A program made the position numbers and the translations under genes. This document shows positions 1 to 8,829 of a DNA stretch of 57,289 bases, piece by piece. The notes below the pieces were generated by a model. That model was given only the letters and a program-made list of their open reading frames with translations, ran no database searches and was not told where the DNA came from. The first letter of the stretch is position 1. Each line of letters starts with the position of its first letter. Location: positions 1-57,289 of the forward strand of contig CAVSPA010000011.1 in assembly GCA_963729715.1 (NCBI GenBank), in the 5' to 3' direction. The stretch is from an uncultured delta proteobacterium (GTDB taxonomy: Bacteria > Desulfobacterota > Syntrophia > Syntrophales > UBA2185).

Positions 1-852
1 GGGCGCAAGCGGGCCGAGGATGAGCTGCGCGATTCAGAGGAAAAATATCGGTCGCTGGCCTCTAGCGCAGATTTGATGTTTCTCGTGGACAGGGATTGTA
101 AATACCTGTTCATGAATGGGGTGTACGCAGAGCGGTTTGATCTTCCAATGGAGAAATTGATCGGCAGACCTTATGGTGATTTCCATTCAGAGGAACCCAC
201 AAGAGTGTTTTCTCAGATTGTAGGAACAGTTATAAGCACCGGAGAATCATCACAGCATGACTATAAGAGTGAAATAGACGGAAGGTTCTTTCTCCAGACA
301 TTCAGTCCCGTTAAAGATCGAGAAGGAAAAGCGATAATAGCCGTGACAGTATTTTCTAAAGACATCACCGAGCGCAAGCAAGCGGAGGAGGCGTTGGAAA
401 AAAGAGAAGAAGAGTTGGTCAAAAAAGCCGGTGAGCTTGAGGATGTCAATGCTGCCTTGAGAGTCCTGTTGGAACGCCGGCAACAGGATAAATATGAACT
501 TGAAGAAATGGTGTTACATAACGTTAAAACAAACGTGATGCCTTATGTGGAAACATTAAAAAAGAATCTTTTAGCTTCAAAAGAAATTACATATGTCGAT
601 ATTATAGAATCAAATATTGAAAAAATTATATCACCCTTCTCGCAAAGACTATCCTCGAAATATCAAGATCTGACTCCCAAAGAAATTCAGGTTGCCAATC
701 TTATTCGAGAGGGTAAGAGCACCAAGGATATAGCTGAAATCCTGAATTTGTCATACAGGGCAATTGATACCCGCAGGCATAATATCAGAAGCAAGCTCGG
801 ATTGAAAAACAAGAAAACGAATCTGCATGCATACCTGTCAACGCTTTCTTGA
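1..852 (+). CDS. PAS-domain / LuxR-type HTH transcriptional regulator (5'-truncated by window edge)
   Basis: Frame is open from base 1 (GRKRAEDELRDSEEKYRSL...). PAS/PAC ends in DITERKQAEE; C-terminal LuxR HTH is LTPKEIQVANLIREGKSTKDIAEILNLS...HNIRSKLG. Confidence 0.85.
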   Translation, partial: GRKRAEDELRDSEEKYRSLASSADLMFLVDRDCKYLFMNGVYAERFDLPMEKLIGRPYGDFHSEEPTRVFSQIVGTVISTGESSQHDYKSEIDGRFFLQTFSPVKDREGKAIIAVTVFSKDITERKQAEEALEKREEELVKKAGELEDVNAALRVLLERRQQDKYELEEMVLHNVKTNVMPYVETLKKNLLASKEITYVDIIESNIEKIISPFSQRLSSKYQDLTPKEIQVANLIREGKSTKDIAEILNLSYRAIDTRRHNIRSKLGLKNKKTNLHAYLSTLS

Positions 853-1560
853 TGCCGGGCTCTGCTCGACTACTAATCGCGCATTCTATATATACCGATG
901 GATCGCCGTTATTTCGGTGAGCCGGAATCCCGTGCGAGGGAAGCGAGAAATTTTCATAAATAATGTTCCATATGCGAAAATTTCCCTGCGGCGCAAAGCG
1001 GAACCCTTTATCATATTGAAATAATCACTTCACAACATGCTGATTTCACAATATAACCAAGCGTAATACTGTTTTTGCCCAGTATTTTCAGTGTATTTTT
1101 TCAGTATGGCATTCTTCACATCATATCTTTATAACATTCCACAGATTATTCTATTTTGCCGGATGGTGATCTGGATTTCATGTTCAGATGACGGAAAGAG
1201 GAAGTAATATATAAACAATATATCCGCGAGGAGCTTAGTCACTTGAGAAGGTAACACATCACCCTTTGCCATCGGAGGGCATTCATGGCAAACAATGATA
1301 ATAAAAGTCTTCTAAAGTATATAAGGATAAACATACAACGGTATATCCACCTCGACCTTGCCCCATCGACTGCGTTTCACAAATCATCTTACAATCCAAG
1401 AACAGAAGCAATCAGTAACCATCCCGCCGTCCAAAAAACCATCATCGACATATACAGTCTCACGGAGCTTCTTAAGAAACTCAACGTTAGGGCATCCACA
1501 AGTCAGCGTTGATATAAAAAAACTAATTTCATCGTTTCTCAAGGCGAAAGGAGAAGAATT

Positions 1561-2191
1561 ATGTGTTGCGGATCTGAAAGTTTAACCACCTCAAGCGGCT
1601 CACCCGTCTCCGCGAGCAAATCGGAAAAAGAAGCCGCCGAATTGACGAGCCCCGAAAATCTTACTTGCCATATCAATCATGATAAAGCGCCGCATGTATT
1701 TCTTGCGCCAGAGAACTTGAGTGATTCCTCTGGCCCGCCTGGCTCGCCCAATACTCACTTATCAGTCCTGCAGCTCGAGAACTCATCGTCGCAATCCGAC
1801 ACTGAGATTAATTCATCAACGAGCCAACATGAAGACCAGATGGCAGCGATGCTCAAGAATGAAATCTATGAAGCGTTCATAAAGTATAAAAGGGTCATTG
1901 GAAAAGCCTTTCAGCCGTTTATCCGTCTTGACCCTGCCAGGTCCTGCGAGGATTTCATGCAGGAAGCATTTATTCCTTTTTGCAAAGGATACTACTACTG
2001 CAGTTCGGAGAAAGTGGAAAAATCCAAGGCAACAAACCTCATTTACAATTGTGTGCGGCATCTACTTCGTTGACCAATATGAAAATTGGAGCGTTTTCAG
2101 GAAAGTGCATCGAATCACAATCGGAAACAGTTTGTGGAAGGAAAGCAATAACCTTCCCGGCCATTGCAGAAGAATAAGTGCGGAGACATAA
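1561..2191 (+). pseudogene. Fragmented hypothetical protein with weak sigma-70 region 2-like segment
   Basis: EDFMQEAFIPFCKGYYYCSSEK...TNLIYNCVRHLL resembles the DLxQEAF...FSTYAY..IRN pattern. The frame appears to shift near 2060. Confidence 0.3.
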
Positions 2192-2355
2192 CGCCGATAA
2201 TATTATGGATCGCGAACTGAAACACCCAAATCACTCAGATGCTTTACAAGGTTCTAATAATCCCGTGAAGCGCGCATGAATGCATCGATACCTCGGGCAA
2301 CCCATTTAACAACCTTGACGAACCGTTTTACTGCACCATCAATGAAGTTATAAAG

Positions 2356-2631
2356 GTGTGTCCCAGCCTTCGGCGCAGCACAATTACACGCCACACCAAA
2401 CAAGAGATAATAGAAGCGCGCCGCGTAATAAGTCCGCATGGTCGCGGTTACAGATACGAGATCGCTATTTACAATTCTATTGTTAAGGAAAAAGTTCTGA
2501 AACTACGACAAGAAAAAGAAAAGATAATAGAAGAAAAAAGACGAATTGTTAAATTAAAAAAGATTATCAAAAATCTCCATATGGACATTGATGAAAATAA
2601 CATAAAAGAACACATAATTTCACTTCTTTAA
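2356..2631 (+). CDS. Hypothetical protein or fragment, basic coiled-coil
   Basis: ORF track only; K/E-rich C-terminus; start uncertain. Confidence 0.3.
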   Translation: MCPSLRRSTITRHTKQEIIEARRVISPHGRGYRYEIAIYNSIVKEKVLKLRQEKEKIIEEKRRIVKLKKIIKNLHMDIDENNIKEHIISLL

Positions 2632-2658
2632 GAAAAACCAGGTAAATATTCAATAGTC

Positions 2659-2804
2659 ATATGTTCACTACCGAGCTGACCGGAGGATCAGTCATCGACT
2701 AACTGGGTATATGGGAAATAAGGCATATACTCAGTGGGTATATGGGGAATAAGGCATATGCTCACTGAGCATATAGAAATCAGTCATCGGCTCACTGAGC
2801 TGAT
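2659..2804. repeat. Array of 4-5 degenerate ~31-bp repeats, each with a 19-bp palindromic core
   Basis: Cores at 2694 ATCGACTAACTGGGTATAT, 2725 ATATACTCAGTGGGTATAT, 2756 ATATGCTCACTGAGCATAT (perfect palindrome) and 2786 ATCGGCTCACTGAGCTGAT; degenerate copy at 2659. Confidence 0.85.
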
Positions 2805-2848
2805 AGGAGAAAAAGATTCCATTGCTTTGACAGAAAAGGAGAGCAACT

Positions 2849-3900
2849 ATGTATTATAAAGAAATTCCCATGGACCAGATAAAGTTATTACCTCAATCTA
2901 AATTACCGCCCTTGCCTTCCATGTCGTCAGATGAATTAAATGAGTTAAAAAAAAGCATTCTAGAATTTGGAATTCTCCAGCCGCTTATAGTTACTGTAGC
3001 TAGCGATGATACATATCTACTACAGGCCGGCCATAATAGGCTACGAATTGCCCAGGAATTAGGTTTAAGCACTATTCCCTGCTTTGTCGCATTAAAGACA
3101 TGATGATATTACCGATATACTGATGGGATCTCACACAGACGGATTTCGACGACACTTAACGCCTTCTCAAAGAAAAGAGTTGTTGATCTGGCAAATCGGC
3201 GTAAAAAAAATTAAAAAACGCACGTCAAAAAAACCAAATACCTCCGTATCTTCTTCATCAGAAGATGAATCAGCATTGTTAAAAAAAATTATTAGTCAAA
3301 AAGAGGACAATGATTGAAAATCTTCAGAATTGAGTTAGACAGCAAGAATAAGGCCTTTACAGAGAAAGAGGCTGAATTACAAAAAAGAAATCGCAGAAAA
3401 GAAAAACAAGATAAAAGAATTGAAGGAAGAATATAAGAAAGCGATAGTGGATGCTGAGGACATAAGGTATCAAAGCAATCAAACGGAACCATCCGATAAT
3501 GAAAGGATTACAAAACTGCAAGAAGACTTAGATGACGCTAATAAGCGTGCTAACAGGATATCAGAAGAGCTGGAGACTGCAAAAAAAAAGCGAGCGGAAC
3601 TGGAGGAAAGTCTACGCAAAGAGAAAAATAAAAATATAAGTATCACGGCCGGCATTAATGCAACATTGTACCATCTCAGACGGGAAACTATTGCTCAAGG
3701 CAAATTGCGAGCTGCCACGAGAACTCTTGGAGGATACTCAAAAAATAATTATAGACGTAGCTGATATTGTCAAACGTGACGAAGTAAGCATAGACACGAA
3801 ACCATTTCTCACCTTGTTGAAAAAACTGGGCGAGACAGTGTCAGCCATCCCGTTCTATTCAAGCAAACAAGAATCTGTTGACGCTGTTGCCGGTCAGTGA
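2849..3900 (+). pseudogene. ParB/Srx N-terminal domain protein with coiled-coil C-terminus, split over several frames
   Basis: LKKSILEFGILQPLIV...LQAGHNRLRIAQELG is a ParB-like N-domain; RRHLTPSQR follows in the next frame. Consecutive fragments at 3123, 3420 and 3658; RBS AAGGAG upstream. Confidence 0.65.
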
Positions 3901-4214
3901 ATTTCTTGCACATGGAAAGCAAACTTGACGGAACTCCCGGCCAATGATTTTTTAAATTATATCTGATTTTTCTCCAGAGACTCACTTCTTCAAAAAGTAA
4001 TATTCATTCAAGGCGGGGGACATATCCAATGCCAGGATAGCCCTCCACCCTCCTCCCGGTGACGATTCTTAGCTGTCTCCCACTACTCATGCCCATCAAG
4101 GAGCGCCACTAAATATTTCACGAGGTATACCGTGAAGATCAGAAAAGAAGGTTTCCTGTTCTGATGTTGACAGCGTCCTTGAAAAGTAGTATTCCCCCAA
4201 GCGGGGAGTTATGT

Positions 4215-5282
4215 ATGAAAGGTGGTATCTATTCGGACCAACGCTGTCCAGTTTGCGGTTCTGTCTTCGAAGATGATCATAAATCGTCCCTCGCCTGTCC
4301 TGATCATCCACAATGCCATGCCTCGAGGTTCAAGGTTCTCTTCGGAACAATCACGAAACGCACCAGGTCATACGATGCTGCCTTCCGCTTTCTCACAGGC
4401 CTCCGTTTTAAGACAGACGAGAGGACCTTTGACGAAAGGGATTATCGGCGTGACAATCCCCTTGGGTTTACGAACTTCTCCCGGAAGTATCTTCAATACC
4501 GACAAGGCGAGGTCCGGCCTGGCTCATACAGGAATATTCGCCGCCATATCCAGATTGCCCAGGAGTTCTTCAAACAAATGAACGTCAAGGATATCCGGTA
4601 TGGCCACCTCGAGGACCTTCTGCAATCTATCGAGCTATCCGATAAATCAAAGCATAACATCCTGTCAACAATTCATGCTTTCTTCGTATGGCTTCACCGT
4701 CGCCAGGAGATAAAGGAAATGCCGATATTCCCGACCGTAAGCTATGAGCTCGGGCGTAGGATGACCGTATCGAAGGACCGCCAGATGAAGATCCTCGAAG
4801 AAGTCAAGCGAATCGCACCGCTCAAGGTGTGGCTCGGCATTAAATTACTGTGCACCTACATCAGTATCCGTCCTGGTGAATTGATTAAATTGAAGGAAGG
4901 AGATATTGACATTGAAAACGGATATCTTTATTTCCCTCATCCCAAAGAGAAAAGGTTTAAGTCTGTTCCCATCTTGCCGGACGATATCGAGGCCCTTTCC
5001 AGCTTTCCAAGGAGTCTTCCATCTATGTCTTTTTTCCGACACGGCGGGGGCATATCAGGCGTGGCGGAAGGAGAATCATACGGCCTTAAATACTTTTACA
5101 AATGGTGGGTCAAGGCATGTGCAAATTTAGATATCGAGGGTGTTGACCTCTATGGCGGTACCCGCCACTCATCGGCCAGGGCAGCAAGAGCCTACCGCAC
5201 ACCGGAAGAAATAAAACGGGCCATGATGACGCGGACGAACAAGGCCTTTGAAAGATACTTTGAATCGAGGACCAGGACGTGA
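4215..5282 (+). CDS. Tyrosine recombinase/integrase with N-terminal Cys/His (Zn-ribbon-like) motif; probable frameshift at extreme C-terminus
   Basis: IRPGELIKL, PKE, LYGGTRHS and FERYF catalytic-type motifs; N-terminal CPVC...CPDH; GGGGAG RBS before ATG 4215. Confidence 0.85.
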   Translation: MKGGIYSDQRCPVCGSVFEDDHKSSLACPDHPQCHASRFKVLFGTITKRTRSYDAAFRFLTGLRFKTDERTFDERDYRRDNPLGFTNFSRKYLQYRQGEVRPGSYRNIRRHIQIAQEFFKQMNVKDIRYGHLEDLLQSIELSDKSKHNILSTIHAFFVWLHRRQEIKEMPIFPTVSYELGRRMTVSKDRQMKILEEVKRIAPLKVWLGIKLLCTYISIRPGELIKLKEGDIDIENGYLYFPHPKEKRFKSVPILPDDIEALSSFPRSLPSMSFFRHGGGISGVAEGESYGLKYFYKWWVKACANLDIEGVDLYGGTRHSSARAARAYRTPEEIKRAMMTRTNKAFERYFESRTRT

Positions 5283-5366
5283 GGGATATTTACCGCGATG
5301 TTGGTACGGTAATACGTCCTGACTGGCCACTGACAGGGAAAAATAAGCCGTAAGTTATTGAAATCA

Positions 5367-5720
5367 TGGTGGAGGCGGCGGGAATCGAACCCGCGTCCGA
5401 AAATATTCCACTGCAGCTTCTACATACTTGTCCTCTGTTTTAATCTCACTCTCGACAACTCCCGGAGGCAGGATTTATTGAGAGCCATCCCTTTTGGTTT
5501 TCGCCCTTTTCACTTCGGGAAAATGAAATCAGCTATCCTGCCTTTATGACGCCCTGATCTGATCCGACAGGCGGGATCAGTAAGACGTAGCCGTCTATGC
5601 GGCTAAAGCGTAATCGAAGTTCTTTGCGCTTAGATGTTTCCTACCTGTTTTACGAGGCCTGGTAGGAACCTCGGTATGCGACTACAGCTTCCATATCCCC
5701 GTCGAAACCTTTGCGCCCCC
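5367..5720 (-). ncRNA. ssrA: tmRNA
   Basis: 5' GGGGGCGCAAAGGTTTCGACGGGG; 3' GGTTCGATTCCCGCCGCCTCCACCA; tag frame AKNFDYALAA-stop at 5627-5595; lies downstream of smpB. Confidence 0.97.
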
Positions 5721-5848
5721 ATAATGGAGTGGATATAGACTGCGCGTTAATATAGGTCGTGATGGAGTTTTAGTCAAGTCAATTCGACGTTGAAAAGGTG
5801 TTGCGGAGGAGTATACAATAAGGCACTTTTGTAATTTGTTGAAGATAT

Positions 5849-5900
5849 GTAGCGCAGGACTTTAGTCCTGCTAATTGGCAGACCTGAAGGTCTGCACTAC
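5849..5900. repeat. REP/REPIN-like inverted doublet of GTAG-tipped palindromes
   Basis: GTAGC-GCAGGACT-TT-AGTCCTGC-taattg-GCAGACCT-GA-AGGTCTGC-ACTAC. Confidence 0.65.
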
Positions 5901-5948
5901 GTTCCCCCATGTGAGCAGAGATTCCCGAGTTGGAAATGACAAATACGC

Positions 5949-6419
5949 TTATTCTTTTCGCCGCATTCCCCGTTCCATTTCTCTGCGGTCGTCCTTGTCT
6001 CTCAGGCTCTCCCGTTTGTCATAAAGTTTCTTGCCCCGTCCGACCCCGATTTCCATCTTCACCTTTCCGCTCTTAAAGTACAATTTCAGTGGAATGAGGG
6101 TCAGTCCTTTTTCCCGGGATTTTCCGTAAAGCCTCTTGATCTCCCCTTTGTGGAGGAGAAGTTTCCGCACCCTCAAGGGATCATGATTCTCCCTGTTGCC
6201 GAAGGTGTAAGGACTGATGTGCATTTCATGAACGAAGACCTCACCGTCCTTAACCAGGGCATAGCTGTCCTTGAGATTAGCCTTCCCCTCCCGGAGCGCC
6301 TTCACCTCCGTACCTACGAGCGCGATCCCCGCCTCATATGTGTCGTCTATGAAGTAATTCAGACGCGCCGTCTTATTCTGGGCGATTATTTTTTGTCCTG
6401 CTGGTTTCTTTTTCGCCAT
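5949..6419 (-). CDS. smpB: SsrA-binding protein SmpB
   Basis: [39 protein letters not shown]; adjacent to ssrA. Confidence 0.97.
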   Translation of the reverse strand: MAKKKPAGQKIIAQNKTARLNYFIDDTYEAGIALVGTEVKALREGKANLKDSYALVKDGEVFVHEMHISPYTFGNRENHDPLRVRKLLLHKGEIKRLYGKSREKGLTLIPLKLYFKSGKVKMEIGVGRGKKLYDKRESLRDKDDRREMERGMRRKE

Positions 6420-6500
6420 GTTCTCTCAACTATAAATGATACGAATAGCTCAGATAAGACTTCTTGTCGCTTCGCTCCTAAGGAATGACATCGGAAAATG

Positions 6501-7259
6501 TCACTTCATATCTTTCATGTCTTGCGGCAGGTAGTCGCTCTTGATGTGCCTCAACGCCTTATAGATATTATTGCGGACGTTCTTGTTATCGCGCTCCATC
6601 TTTTTTAACAGTTTCTTGATGTATATCCGCCGGGAAGTATTGCTCGTTAGGCATCTATTCTTCGCGGAGGGCAGCCGCTGCTCCTTCGCATATTTTTTTA
6701 TCAGGTCCTCCCCGATATAAGCGAAAGGACGGATGATATGCAGCCTTCCCTGAAAGATCGTCTGCTTCGGCATCATGGTGCTGATCTCCCTCCCGTAGAA
6801 GAGATTGATGAGCAACGTCTCTATAATATCATCTTTGTGATGGGCGAAGGCGATTTTGGTGCAGCCCAACTCCTCTGCTATTTCGAAAATCCTCTTCCTC
6901 CTCAACCGCGAACAGAGGAAGCAGGGGTTTTTCTTATTGTAATCACTGTGCGAAAGGGGCCCGATGTCCGTCTTTTCCATGTAGTGGCCGATGTTATCTT
7001 CTCTCAGGTATTTCCCAAGTTTATCATAGTCAGTATACGTCGGATCGAACCCCGGGTCAATGTTTACGGCGACGATGGAAAAAGGCGGCACGTACACCAT
7101 GGGTGTATTAAGAAGATCAAGGAGGGCAAGACTGTCTGCGCCGCCGGACACACCGACCAGAACCCTGTCCCCCTCTTCTATCATGTTATAATCGAGGATG
7201 GCCTCTTCCAGCCATTTTTTCAGATGGAGAAAAAGTTTCGTCTGTTTTATCCCTGACAC
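6501..7259 (-). CDS. ttcA: tRNA 2-thiocytidine biosynthesis TtcA-family PP-loop ATPase
   Basis: PP-loop VSGGADSLALL; PCFLCSRLRR; AHHKDDIIETLL; IIRP. Confidence 0.85.
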   Translation of the reverse strand: MSGIKQTKLFLHLKKWLEEAILDYNMIEEGDRVLVGVSGGADSLALLDLLNTPMVYVPPFSIVAVNIDPGFDPTYTDYDKLGKYLREDNIGHYMEKTDIGPLSHSDYNKKNPCFLCSRLRRKRIFEIAEELGCTKIAFAHHKDDIIETLLINLFYGREISTMMPKQTIFQGRLHIIRPFAYIGEDLIKKYAKEQRLPSAKNRCLTSNTSRRIYIKKLLKKMERDNKNVRNNIYKALRHIKSDYLPQDMKDMK

Positions 7260-7394
7260 AACCGGCGCATCTCCTCTGTCAATTTATTTCTGATGTACAC
7301 AAGTTTCCGTATTTAATCAAGGTCGTTCACATTTGTGACAACATCCTTGAATTCTCGTCCGGATTGGTATATGGAAAAGAACATATCTACATAA

Positions 7395-8702
<1,308 letters not shown>

Positions 8703-8748
8703 CAGTAGGATCCGGCCCGTATCGGCACTGCGCGGGCTGAGAAAAATT

Positions 8749-8797
8749 AAAAGCCGTTGTCGGCGACCTCGGATAGTTCATGACAACGGCTTTTTTT
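8749..8797. terminator. Intrinsic terminator between convergent eno and ppdK
   Basis: AAAAGCCGTTGTC...GACAACGGCTTTTTTT. Confidence 0.75.
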
Positions 8798-8829
8798 GTG
8801 ATTGAATATCTACGGCGTCTCTACGTATC

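Larger units (their letters stand above)
1285..5366. mobile_element. Degraded integrative element (island or prophage remnant) inserted at the tmRNA 3' end; left boundary undefined
   Basis: Tyrosine integrase ends about 85 bp from the ssrA 3' end. AT-rich fragmented ORFs, a ParB-like fragment and a repeat array lie to its left. No duplicated ssrA 3' end (second att) was seen in the window. Confidence 0.7.

Noticed and set aside
853..1284. Second att site (ssrA 3' duplicate) or structured RNA
   Set aside because: No match to the ssrA 3' end was seen; only a weak GAAATTTTC/GAAAATTTC inverted repeat.
2659..2804. CRISPR array
   Set aside because: The period is only ~31 bp with no unique spacers, and there are no cas genes.
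5358..5549. 63-aa ORF MKSWWRRRESNPRP
   Set aside because: Antisense translation of the tmRNA 3' end.
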